From contig CP188086.1 of assembly GCA_049942765.1 (NCBI GenBank), positions 300,001 to 332,000 of the forward strand: a DNA stretch of 32,000 bases. Reading direction: 5' to 3'. This DNA comes from Candidatus Saccharimonadota bacterium. GTDB taxonomy: Bacteria; Pseudomonadota; Gammaproteobacteria; Enterobacterales; Enterobacteriaceae. A program made the translations under genes and the position numbers. Every line of letters starts with the position of its first letter. The first letter of the stretch is position 1. Of this stretch, positions 21,051-32,000 are shown in pieces. The notes below the pieces were generated by a model that worked only from the letters and a program-made list of their open reading frames with translations, ran no database searches and was not told where the DNA came from.

Positions 21051-22337
21051 TTAATTACGCTTATCTTGAAATATTTTTTTTAATTGTGGTATAACTTCAT
21101 TTACAGATACAGATATTTCAGTATTATTTTTTAAGTTTGTAATAGTAACAATACACTCTTGTTGTTCATTATTAAACATATATAATGTACATATTGTACA
21201 TAATTTATATGCTTTACGTAGTTGCTTTTTATTAGAATGATTTAAATAATTAATTACAATTTTTAATGACGAAAATACATTTCTAATATCTTCAGATAAT
21301 TTAATTGATTCCATCATGCAATTAGAAAAAAAAATATTAATATCTATGACATGATTGAATTTTTTTTTATGTTCAATTGAATTAAATAATAAAAATAACC
21401 GTTCCATACCTACAGCTAATCCAATCGCAGGTATTGATACACCATGACCTACAATGTCTTTAACTAAAGAATCATAACGACCTCCTGCACAAATAGTATT
21501 CTGTGTTCCTAATACGTTAGTTTTCCATTCAAAAACAGTATCATTATAATAATCTAACCCTCTTACTAATGCTTTATTAATATGATATTTAATTGACATC
21601 TGATCTAATAATTTACATAATGTTTTAAAATACACATGAGATGTAGTATCAAGATAATCAAACAATTTTGGTGCATTTTGTAGCAAATGCTGAGTATTTA
21701 GATTTTTACTATCAAAAATTCTTAATGGATTAGAAAAAATTTTGTTTTTAGAATCTAAATCTAAATGTAATATATTTTTATTTAAAAATTTTATTAAATC
21801 AATTTTATATAATTCTCGAGATTGTATTGAACCTATAGTATTTATTTCTAAAAATAAATAAGGCAACAAATTTAAATTCTTCCACCATTTAACAGTAATC
21901 ATAATTAACTCTAAATCAATATAAGGACCATGAAATCCAAATGTTTCTACACCTAATTGAGTAAATTGTCGATATCTACCCAGTTGAGGTCTTTCATGTC
22001 TAAACATAGGTCCTATATACCACAATCTTTGACACTGATTATAAATTAATCCATGTTCAATACATGCACGAACACAACCAACAGTACCTTCTGGTCTTAA
22101 TGTTAAACTATTACCACTCTGATCGATAAAAGAATACATCTCTTTATCAACAATATCGGTAATTGAACCAATAGTTCTATGAAATAATGTAGTTTTCTCT
22201 AATATAGGCATACTTATTTCAGAATAATAATAACTATCTAGAGTTTTTTTTAAAACATTTTTGATATAATTTAAAATAGTTAAATCTTTAGGAAGAATAT
22301 CATTCATTCCTCTAATTGATTGAAATATTTGATTCAC
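21051..22337 (-). CDS. hisS: histidine--tRNA ligase
   Basis: The 428-aa ORF has a GTG start at 22337, preceded by AAGGAA 5 nt upstream. The N-terminus MNQIFQSIRGMNDILP matches E. coli MAKNIQAIRGMNDYLP. Class II motifs are present: LTLRPEGT.GCVRA, FRHERPQLGRYRQFTQ and CAGGRYD. Confidence 0.94.
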   Translation of the reverse strand: MNQIFQSIRGMNDILPKDLTILNYIKNVLKKTLDSYYYSEISMPILEKTTLFHRTIGSITDIVDKEMYSFIDQSGNSLTLRPEGTVGCVRACIEHGLIYNQCQRLWYIGPMFRHERPQLGRYRQFTQLGVETFGFHGPYIDLELIMITVKWWKNLNLLPYLFLEINTIGSIQSRELYKIDLIKFLNKNILHLDLDSKNKIFSNPLRIFDSKNLNTQHLLQNAPKLFDYLDTTSHVYFKTLCKLLDQMSIKYHINKALVRGLDYYNDTVFEWKTNVLGTQNTICAGGRYDSLVKDIVGHGVSIPAIGLAVGMERLFLLFNSIEHKKKFNHVIDINIFFSNCMMESIKLSEDIRNVFSSLKIVINYLNHSNKKQLRKAYKLCTICTLYMFNNEQQECIVTITNLKNNTEISVSVNEVIPQLKKIFQDKRN

Positions 22338-23394
22338 TAAGTTTCCTTTTATAATTTTAATGTATAAATAATATTACATAAAATCTAGTTATAATTTTTA
22401 ATATATTTATGAAATAAAATAAAAATAACCATATATTTTATTTTAAACAATTTTATTAAAAATAAAATATTTATATAATAAAATTAAACTTTATCAAATA
22501 TTTATAATTGTAATTTACACAACAAATGTATAACATATGTATGTTACTTATTATTATCATTCAAATAATTTTTATTACATTAATATATTAAATTATTTAT
22601 ATAAAAATATTAAATATGGATAATTATCTAAATAAATAATAACGTTATTAACTATTTTAATTAATATAAAAATATTTTTTTTTGAACTCAACTTAAATTT
22701 TTTTATACACATATGTTGTGAATATATGTTTAATAACTATTATCAACAATATTTTATATATGTTAACTTATTTATAAAATGTTTGAATGAAATATTTCTA
22801 AGTAATATTATTTCATGTGATAAAAAGTAGATGTCTAGGTTAATTTTGATATTTAATAAATATTGATTTTTTAACTAAAATTTAAAATAATATAACATTA
22901 ATAAAATTAATATATTATATATAATAATATTTATTCAATAAATATTATTTATATTTTTTAAAAAAAATATTGAAATCATCCACTTAAATATATTTAAAAT
23001 AATTTAATAAAAATGTTTATATTAAATTTTAATTACATAAATTTTTATAAAGTTATTAAAGTTAATGCAGTGAAATTTAAGCTCAAAATCATATATAACA
23101 ACAATATATACATTACAACTGAATATATACTTCTAATATTATAATTATTTGTAAAATTAATAATATTTACATTTTCATATTAACTATATCAGTATAATGA
23201 AATTAGAATTTATAGATAAATTAACTAAAATAGTACAACAACAATGTATTGAGCAAAAAAATAGAACATTATATACATTTATATTATGAGATCTAATCAC
23301 TCTATTTTTATCATATATTCATGAAATGACAAAAACTAAGATATAATCTTCTATTTAAAAAATAAATTATTTTTATTTATTATGTATAATACCT

Positions 23395-24477
23395 TTATTG
23401 TTTTTTTACTATTAATTGTCCACAAGCACCTAGAATATCCACACCTCTATTTTTTCTAATAGTTGTAAATAAACCATGTTTTATTAAATATTTTGAAAAA
23501 ATATTAATTGTTGCACTATTACTACAAATATAACTAGAACCTGTAATACAGTTCCATGGAATAAGATTCACTTTACTAGGAATGTTAATTAATAATTGTA
23601 CTAGTTCTTTTGCACATTGAATGGAATCATTAACATTACTTAACATAACATATTCTATAGTAACATAACCTCTATTAGAAGTAGAAGACTGTAAATAATA
23701 TTTCGTAGCATTAAGTAATGACTGAATATTGTATTTTTTATTAATTGGCATTAATTTATTACGTAAAATATCATTAGGAGCATGTAACGATAGTGCTAAA
23801 GATATATCAATAGTATGACTTAATTTATATAGTGCTGGCACTATACCAGCTGTAGAAAGAGTTATATGATGCTTAGACATTTGGAATCCATGTCTATCTA
23901 ACATAATTTGTAATGCATTAATTACATTATTAAAATTTAGTAATGGTTCACCCATCCCCATAAATACTATATTGGTAATTTTTGAATAATATTTAAATTT
24001 ATTTAAATAAATAATCTTAGAAACATACCATAATTGTCCAATAATATCAGAAACAGAGAGATTACCTTTAAAACCCATTTTTCCTGTAGAACAAAATTGA
24101 CAATTTAACATACAACCTACTTGAGAAGATATACATAAAGTAGCTCGATTTTTTTCTGGAATATAAATGGTTTCAATTAATTTAGAGTGTGAAACTAATA
24201 CTTTCCATTTTATTGTTCCATCTACAGAACATTGTTGATTTAAAAATGTAGGATAAGATATATATGCTAATTTATTTAATTTAAACTGTAACTCTTTATT
24301 TAAATTAGTCATTTTATTGAAGTCATTACAAAAATAATGATACATCCATTTCATAATTTGATGTGCTCGAAAAGCTTTTTCACCTAATTTTAATAAAAAT
24401 TGTTCTAATTGAACACGATTTAAATTTAACAAATTAATTTTATTAGTAGAACTTGAATGTAAACTAGCATAAGTCAT
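23395..24477 (-). CDS. rlmN: 23S rRNA/tRNA adenine-C2 methyltransferase (radical SAM)
   Basis: The 360-aa ORF carries the CxxxCxxC motif in SSQVGCMLNCQFCSTG. Other conserved blocks are FMGMGEPLLN, ITLSTAG, LALSLHAP, IEYVML and the C-terminal GACGQL. It sits in the same orientation relative to hisS as in E. coli. Confidence 0.9.
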   Translation of the reverse strand: MTYASLHSSSTNKINLLNLNRVQLEQFLLKLGEKAFRAHQIMKWMYHYFCNDFNKMTNLNKELQFKLNKLAYISYPTFLNQQCSVDGTIKWKVLVSHSKLIETIYIPEKNRATLCISSQVGCMLNCQFCSTGKMGFKGNLSVSDIIGQLWYVSKIIYLNKFKYYSKITNIVFMGMGEPLLNFNNVINALQIMLDRHGFQMSKHHITLSTAGIVPALYKLSHTIDISLALSLHAPNDILRNKLMPINKKYNIQSLLNATKYYLQSSTSNRGYVTIEYVMLSNVNDSIQCAKELVQLLINIPSKVNLIPWNCITGSSYICSNSATINIFSKYLIKHGLFTTIRKNRGVDILGACGQLIVKKQ

Positions 24478-24878
24478 ATTTTTTCTTTAGTTTAAATGAT
24501 ATTACTTATAATTAAATAGAATGAAGAATTATATTCCAATAAAAATAATATATTGAATACAATAATATTAGTTGTGTATTAAAACTGTATTAATTAAAAA
24601 AATTATCTTATATGATTAATAAATAACACTATTACAATATTTTGTACATTATTATTCATATAATAATATATTTTATATATATTTTCATAAAAATTATTTT
24701 TCTATAGCGAAAACTGTTTTTTTATTTATCTTGTTATACCTTATTAACATATTTATCATATAATCTAATAAAAATTAGTTTTATATTGTTAAATAGTACG
24801 ATTCTCAACGAGATATTATTCATTACAACTATTTTTTATAACATTTAATAAACAATAACTATTATAAATTAAATAAAA

Positions 24879-24884
24879 AAGGAG
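24879..24884 (+). promoter_or_regulatory. Shine-Dalgarno AAGGAG of suhB
   Basis: The sequence is aaaAAGGAGaatattatATG. This canonical SD lies 8 nt upstream of the ATG at 24893 and is the strongest SD in the window. Confidence 0.7.
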
Positions 24885-24892
24885 AATATTAT

Positions 24893-25675
24893 ATGCATCC
24901 AATGTTAAATATTGCTATACGTGCTGTTAGAATAGGAGGAAATTTTATGATTCAAAAATATGATATTCAAAAACATTTTGATCCATCATGTAATCACAAC
25001 AAAAATCCTTTTGAACAAACAATATATATATCTCAACAAAAAATCATAAAAACTATTTTAAAATATTACCCTAATCATTTAGTGTATACAAACGATGTTA
25101 TTGTTAACAATTCTTTAAATAATACAAAATGGATTATAAACCCACTCGATGGATCGTTAAATTTTAAAAAAAATATTCCACATTTTTGCATTTCTATAGC
25201 AATTCAAATTAAAAACCAAACTGTAATTTCTGTTATTTATGATCCTATTAAAAATGAATTATTCACAGCTATAAAGGGAAAGGGTGCTCAATTAAATGGT
25301 TATCGAATGAGATGTAATAACACAAGTAATATTATACATTCTTCAATATCAATAAATTTTTCGCATTATAAATTATCGAATTTACAATTATATTTACAAA
25401 TCATAAAAATTTTACTTATGGAAAAAATAAATTTTAGATGTACTGGATCTACAACATTAGATTTAGCTTATGTAGCAACAGGTCGATTAGATTGTTTATT
25501 AAATATTCATTTTCAACCATGGGTATTTTGTGCTGGAGAATTACAATTAAAAGAATCTGGTGCATTCATATATAACTTAACACATAATAATGATAATAAG
25601 ACATTTCAATTTTCTTTAATAGGTAATGCTAAATTAACACGTCTAATTTTCGATAAAATTAAAAATCATCTATGA
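24893..25675 (+). CDS. suhB: SuhB (inositol monophosphatase family / Nus-factor-like protein), with substituted catalytic signature residues
   Basis: The 260-aa ORF starts MHPMLNIAIRA, against MHPMLNIAVRA in E. coli SuhB. Conserved blocks are HFCISIAI, YDP..NELFTA.KG.GAQLNGYR and TGS..LDLAYVA.GR.D. The ORF ends at a TGA stop. Confidence 0.9.
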   Translation: MHPMLNIAIRAVRIGGNFMIQKYDIQKHFDPSCNHNKNPFEQTIYISQQKIIKTILKYYPNHLVYTNDVIVNNSLNNTKWIINPLDGSLNFKKNIPHFCISIAIQIKNQTVISVIYDPIKNELFTAIKGKGAQLNGYRMRCNNTSNIIHSSISINFSHYKLSNLQLYLQIIKILLMEKINFRCTGSTTLDLAYVATGRLDCLLNIHFQPWVFCAGELQLKESGAFIYNLTHNNDNKTFQFSLIGNAKLTRLIFDKIKNHL

Positions 25676-25784
25676 TAATTAAAAATATCCATTGATTATT
25701 TTTAAATAAAAAATAATATTTTAGAACATACTATATAAATAGTACTTTATGAATTTTTATAACAACTATGTTTTGTTATCTTGA

Positions 25785-26780
<996 letters not shown>

Positions 26781-29086
26781 TTAATAACGATTTATTTAAA
26801 ATAAAAATATAAATTTAAAAAATAAACAATAATGTAATTAACTACACATATTAAGGTTATATTATTAATCATAAATAATAACAATTAATTTTTTATATAA
26901 TATTCTGTATAAAAAGATTTTTATCAATATTTTGATACATGTTAGATAAAAATACAGATACAACTAGATATATCATAAACTTAAAATAATTTTATTTACA
27001 TTTTTATTTTTATAAAAGTTTTATTGAAAGTATAAAAATACATGTAAACTTTATTTTAATTTTTACAAAAAATATTTATTTTTCATAAAAATTATGACAT
27101 ATATGAATATTTTATAAAATACAAAAAATTCTTAATAATAAAACTATTTTAAATAATATAAAAACATTTTTTTTTGATTAAAAACTTTTTGAATAATTAT
27201 TCAACCACTAGTTAATGTAAAATAACCATATTTTGACTTATTCATAACAAAAAAATTTTATTACTTATAAATTACATTATTTGATTTTTAAATTCTATTA
27301 ATTTAATAATCAAAGATACATTTTATTTTATTTGCTAAAATAAAAATAATGATTATTTAAAATTTTTATAAATTAACAATAATTTTATTAACATCTATAT
27401 ATTACGTGATTTTTATTAACAACTAAATTTTAATTGTATTAAATAATAATTTTATTATATTAGATAATATCTAATATATTAAACAGGAAGATATACATAA
27501 TTGTAATTTTATAAAAATAAATTATTTTATCATCATTAGTAACAAAATATTTTTATTTTTTTTATAAAAATTTTTAAATCAAATTTCAATAATGTATAGA
27601 TTATATCTATATATATATTATTTATATAATTACAAATAATTAAATATAAAAAAATAGTAATATTAAATATATATTAAAATCTAAAAATATTGCATTAATA
27701 TTATAATAATTTAAATCAATGAATAGTTTATTCATCATATTCCTGATTGATAAATATATGAATATATATAATTATATTGAATAATAGAATAAACTTATTT
27801 TTCAAATAAATTTTAATTAATTCATTATTAGTCAAAATAATCAAAAAAATTAAGTTAAATATCACACTATTAACAAAAAAATTATTTAATTAAAATTAAA
27901 AATTTATGTTCTATTTTTATTACATATGTTCAACAAATAATATTTGTTTTCCATATAATGTGTTTTTATGTAAAGAACTATATTCTAATAATGTAATAAA
28001 ACTCATCGTTATATAATAATGAATTGCTACTAAAGTAGTATTTATTTATATAATTATTAAAAACATTTTTTTTTATAAATACTAATTAAATAGTAATGAA
28101 TTTATTAATAAAAAAAATAATATTTATCAAACATTCAACATAATTATATTATATATAAAAACATAATTTTTCATATCATATATTTATATTATATATAACA
28201 TATAATTAAATTATAAAAATGATATAAATTATTCATTGCAATTTTTAATTAATATTTAATATAGTATTATATAAAACACTTTAGTATCAAAAATATTAGT
28301 TTTCTATATTTTCAATGTAGTATGTTATTTGTATAAAACAATATGAATTAAAGAAAAAATAGGTCAAACTAAAAATTATTAGATTTAATAATATTTAATT
28401 ATTGTAATATCTACTAAACATTAAATTAATCTTTTATAAAAAATATTTATATAACAAAATCCATATTTACAATTAACATTAAAATTTAGAAAAATATTAG
28501 TTTTATCAATATTATTTATATTCATAAAAATAAAATATTCACAATATTACTATATTAATAGTATTTTAACGCTAAAATATATATAGTGAAAAGTACATTT
28601 CATAAAGAAATTATTATTTCAAAAAATATTAAAATATTTTAACTTCTAGTTAATTATATGATAATAATATAAAATTAAAAACATATACATTTTAAATTAT
28701 TTTATCATAACATTCTAAAAAATTTTAATATTTATCATAAATTAGTTGTTAAATTATATTTTTATATTATTGAATTCGTTTTTTTAATAATTATTCTCTT
28801 AATTTTTAAAATATAAGAATTTATTTGATATAGATATACATCTTTTTTAATACGCTTAAGATATTAACAAACGATGTGTAATTAAAAGTAACTAGTCGTT
28901 TTTTTATCATATAAAAATAAAATAATTTATAAAAATTAAAATAATTATTTTATAAGATTGTTAGCATACACAAATTCTCTATTACTTATGTAATAAATAA
29001 TACATTATTTAACGAATACAAGAATATACTAAATTCATAGTTCAAATAACTATAATACTATATTAATTTACAAATCATCGAAATAT

Positions 29087-30121
29087 TTATTTTAAAAAAA
29101 ATTTATATAAATTTATAATATAAGATGTTATAATTTTTAAAAAACTATTTAAAAATGGTTTTTGACAATATAATTTAATTTTAATAACTTTAAATTTTTT
29201 ACTTTTATTAAAAATAACGTCATCACTTGTATTAATACTATCAATCAATCCTTTTTCTAAAGCAATTGATCCAAACCAATATTCACCATTCGAAACAGAT
29301 TCAATGTTTAAATTTGGTCGCATAGAATGAACGAAATTTTTAAACAAATCATGAATGTTATTTAACTCTTGCTGCATTTTTTGCCTTCCTAATTCAGTAT
29401 TTTCTCCAAAAATAGTCAAATTTCGTTTAAATTTTCCTGCTGTATGTAACTCTATGTCTATATTATGTTTTTTTAACAATTTATAAAAATTCGGAAATAA
29501 CGATATTACTCCAATAGAACCTATAATAGAAAATGGAGCTGCTACTATATGATCAGCAACACATGCCATCATATACCCACCGCTAGCTGCAATTTTATCA
29601 ACAACTACAGTTAAATAAATATTATTATCTTTTAATCTTTGTAATTGAGATGCTGCTAATCCATATCCATTAACTATACCCCCAGCACTTTCTAACCGTA
29701 GCAATACTTCATCTTGTTTTTTTGCAACAGAAATTATAGCAGATATTTCCTTCCTTAATGATGACACTTCTTTAGCACTACTACTACCTTTAAAATCTAA
29801 CACATATAAAATTGGTTCTAAAACTTGAACATTTTTTTTTATCTTTTCCTTATCTTGATTTTGTTTCTCTTTTAACCTTTTTTTTTCTGTTTTTATCCAT
29901 TGTTTTTTTTCTATTTTTGACATCGTTGAACATAATATATTATTTTTAATATCCTCTGTATCTTTTTTAATAACAGTGATCTGAATTTCTCCGTTTTTGT
30001 TGTTTCTAATAGTAGAATACTGTAAAAATATAACAACCATTGTAATAAATAAAATTATCAAAGTTATAACTTTTGCTGAAAATAAAGCATAATCATAAAA
30101 AAAATACACAATTATCACCAT
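29087..30121 (-). CDS. sohB: S49-family periplasmic/inner-membrane peptidase SohB
   Basis: The 344-aa ORF compares with about 349 aa in E. coli. It has an N-terminal TM segment and a Lys-rich linker. Conserved blocks are VLDFKGS, VLLRLES.GG.V.GYGLAASQLQRL, the serine motif DKIAASGGYMMACVAD, DIELHTAG and GENTE.GR. Confidence 0.87.
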   Translation of the reverse strand: MVIIVYFFYDYALFSAKVITLIILFITMVVIFLQYSTIRNNKNGEIQITVIKKDTEDIKNNILCSTMSKIEKKQWIKTEKKRLKEKQNQDKEKIKKNVQVLEPILYVLDFKGSSSAKEVSSLRKEISAIISVAKKQDEVLLRLESAGGIVNGYGLAASQLQRLKDNNIYLTVVVDKIAASGGYMMACVADHIVAAPFSIIGSIGVISLFPNFYKLLKKHNIDIELHTAGKFKRNLTIFGENTELGRQKMQQELNNIHDLFKNFVHSMRPNLNIESVSNGEYWFGSIALEKGLIDSINTSDDVIFNKSKKFKVIKIKLYCQKPFLNSFLKIITSYIINLYKFFLK

Positions 30122-30152
30122 TTTATATTATGATTTTAAATCATAATATAAA
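30122..30152. repeat. 31-bp perfect palindrome (15-bp arms, 1-nt centre) immediately abutting the sohB start codon
   Basis: I checked base by base that 30122-30136 pairs perfectly with 30138-30152 (plus strand tttatattatgattt t aaatcataatataaa). There is one G:C pair (30132/30142). It occupies a third of the 91-bp rluB-sohB intergenic region. Confidence 0.5.
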
Positions 30153-30212
30153 TACTATGGAGTTATATTCCATAATATATATTATAATTAAATACCATAA
30201 AAACATTATATT

Positions 30213-30965
30213 TTAAGTAAATTTTATGTTTACTGATTGACAAAGTCGATCAACTTCTGTTTTACTTAATTCTTTATAAGAACCACGAATTAAATTATTT
30301 GGCAATACAAAATCACCATAACGAATACGTATTAATTTATTAACTGAATAATTAATGGATTTCCAAAGTCGTCTAACCTCTTTATTTTTACCTTCAGATA
30401 AAATTACTCGAAACCATTTATTTTTACCTGTTCCACCACAATAAGATATTTTATCAAAATGTGCAAAACCATCTATAAAATTTTTTCCTATTATTAAACT
30501 TTTAATTTTTTTTGTATTGTCTTTAGTACTAAAAACTCTTACTTTATATTCTCGTTCTACTTTAAATTTAGGATGCATTAAAGCATAAGCTAGATCACCG
30601 CAATTAGTTAATAACAACAATCCACTAGTGTTAATATCTAATCTACCTACACTAATCCATTTTTGATTATTAATATTTGGTAATTTTTTAAATATTGTTT
30701 TTCTATTATTAGGATCATGATGAGTGCAAATTTCACCAACTGGTTTATGATATAATAAAACTCTAACGAATTTTGATTTATGACGAATAAAAGTGTAATG
30801 TTGATTATTACAGATTACATTATAAATAGAATTAGGTGACAACCTATCACCAATCTTTATTTTTATGTTATTCACATATAACAAACCAGAAATAATAATT
30901 TTTTCAATTTTTCTTCTTGATCCCAAACCGTAATTAGCTAATATTTTTTGTACTTTTTCTATCAT
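30213..30965 (-). CDS. rluB: 23S rRNA pseudouridine synthase B
   Basis: The track ORF starts at 31043 with an implausible Y/F/I-rich extension. Homology to E. coli RluB ([21 protein letters not shown]) begins at MIEKVQKILANYGLGSRRKIE, the ATG at 30965, giving 250 aa. It has an S4 domain, the catalytic GRLD motif (VGRLDINTSGLLLLT) and the blocks EREY.VRV and EGKN.EVRRLW. The basic C-terminal tail of E. coli RluB is absent. Confidence 0.86.
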   Translation of the reverse strand: MIEKVQKILANYGLGSRRKIEKIIISGLLYVNNIKIKIGDRLSPNSIYNVICNNQHYTFIRHKSKFVRVLLYHKPVGEICTHHDPNNRKTIFKKLPNINNQKWISVGRLDINTSGLLLLTNCGDLAYALMHPKFKVEREYKVRVFSTKDNTKKIKSLIIGKNFIDGFAHFDKISYCGGTGKNKWFRVILSEGKNKEVRRLWKSINYSVNKLIRIRYGDFVLPNNLIRGSYKELSKTEVDRLCQSVNIKFT

Positions 30966-31138
30966 ATTTATATACTTATAAAAACAAATAGTTATTATGA
31001 AATATTCAAAATAACAATCATTGAAAATTATATAATAATACAAATTTTACTGATATAACATAAGTAATAACAACAATTAAAAACAAATGGTTTTAAAAAA
31101 CTGTAAACATTAAAACTATATTCAGTGATATGATACGA

Positions 31139-32000
31139 TCAAATCAATCTTCTTTTTTTAAAAAAATTACAAGGATATAATGTAAAACATAACCCTATCA
31201 TTAAAAATCCATACATACATAAAATATCATAAGAAATGATATTATCAAAAATATAGTATTCCAACACTAAAGAAATTAAAGGAAAAATTAAAAAAACAAT
31301 TGATGCTTGTAACATACTAACTTTTGTTTGTAAATAAAAATATGACAGTATTCCACATACTCCAGATATATTTCCTAAATACAATAAAGCTAAAATCGAT
31401 TCTATAGAAAAATTTAATACATTTGGATGCTCTACAAAAATAGAAAGAATTAACAACACAAAACCAGAAAATAAAGAAGGTAAAGCATTTAAAGTAAATA
31501 CAGAAATTTTTGATAATTCATATTTCGATTTAACATATATTATAGAATGACTTAATACTGCCAATAATAATGCTATTACTCCTTTAATATTGTTATTAGA
31601 ATTACTATGTAATTCCATTATTATAATTACAATTAATGATACTATTGAAATTAATATTCCAATAATTTTTGTTACACAAATTTTTTCTCTTATAGTTATT
31701 ATAGAAACAACTAACATTAATACAGGCATACTTGAAAAAATCATCGATGCAAAAGATGAAATAACGTATGAACCTCCATATAACATTAATGTAAATGGTA
31801 CTAAAAAATAAAAAATACATATAAAAAATTGAAATATTTTTTTATTAGGTGGAAATAATAAAGGTTTTTTGGTAAAAATTGCTATTCCTATTAATACTGG
31901 AGCAGTAATCAGAAATCTCATGGAAGTGGCACATAAAGGTGGAATAGTTAATAATACGATTTTCATAGCTATCCAAGTAGTTCCCCACGTTATTGCAACA
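31139..32000 (-). CDS. DMT-superfamily (EamA/YedA-like) inner-membrane transporter; 5' end probably beyond the window
   Basis: The track ORF (275 aa from the ATG at 31966) is almost entirely hydrophobic helices. The frame stays open upstream to the window edge. Those upstream codons read VAITWGTTWIAMK, resembling the TM1 WGS motif of EamA proteins (E. coli YedA ..YIIWGSTYFVIR..). Confidence 0.75.
   Translation of the reverse strand, partial: VAITWGTTWIAMKIVLLTIPPLCATSMRFLITAPVLIGIAIFTKKPLLFPPNKKIFQFFICIFYFLVPFTLMLYGGSYVISSFASMIFSSMPVLMLVVSIITIREKICVTKIIGILISIVSLIVIIIMELHSNSNNNIKGVIALLLAVLSHSIIYVKSKYELSKISVFTLNALPSLFSGFVLLILSIFVEHPNVLNFSIESILALLYLGNISGVCGILSYFYLQTKVSMLQASIVFLIFPLISLVLEYYIFDNIISYDILCMYGFLMIGLCFTLYPCNFFKKRRLI

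Noticed and set aside
27189-27204. 16-bp palindrome TTGAATAATTATTCAA (Fur-box-like look), the 23-bp palindrome at 27466-27488, and AGAACATATGTTCT at 18985-18998
   Set aside because: They are not adjacent to any gene start. The resemblance to the Fur consensus is only superficial (different spacing). All are within the range expected from AT-rich low complexity. I note them only in case a genome-wide motif search finds recurrence.
30966-31043. N-terminal extensions in track ORFs: rluB (30966-31043), fldA (6490-6504) and pgl (15032-15043)
   Set aside because: Alignment to remembered E. coli N-termini starts at the internal ATGs. The resulting lengths (250, 176 and 331 aa) fit the orthologues, with 176 and 331 matching E. 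coli exactly. The extensions are hydrophobic junk.
31590-31820. Two overlapping ORFs (plus 73 aa, minus 71 aa) inside the transporter gene
   Set aside because: They are alternative frames of the DMT transporter CDS. The 275-aa frame has the coherent transmembrane-helix pattern.

Overview
This is an extremely AT-rich window from a genome-reduced gammaproteobacterial (Enterobacterales-derived) insect endosymbiont. I call 16 ordinary housekeeping CDS: sucB (partial), sucA, ybgI, fldA, gapA, mfd, pgl, bioB, glyA, hisS, rlmN, suhB, cysB, sohB, rluB and a YedA-like DMT transporter (partial). All were identified by eye against remembered E. coli orthologues. The derived adjacencies (fldA|gapA, mfd|pgl, bioB|glyA, suhB|cysB) look like what I recall of Buchnera aphidicola gene order. 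That is memory-based and unverified. The genetic code is standard: TGG encodes conserved Trp, and TGA ends suhB at the expected length. I found no rRNA, tRNA, CRISPR array, IS or phage remnant, or defence or toxin genes. I do not see a novel multi-gene system and will not invent one. The unusual part is the architecture. By my sum only about 58% of the window is coding (18,628 of 32,000 bp). The rest is eight long spacers (0.65-2.3 kb) plus short intergenic gaps. The long spacers have no long ORFs and very low G+C, and several sit exactly where E. coli carries topA, rodZ-ispG, bioA and bioFCD. I read these as length-preserved, sequence-erased gene ghosts. Other points worth a second look: an orphan bioB; an Mfd lacking its UvrB-homology N-terminus; a SuhB whose two IMPase signature aspartates are substituted; a strikingly conserved CysB; a handful of long perfect hairpins or palindromes with G:C pairs; and two G+C-enriched non-coding islands.
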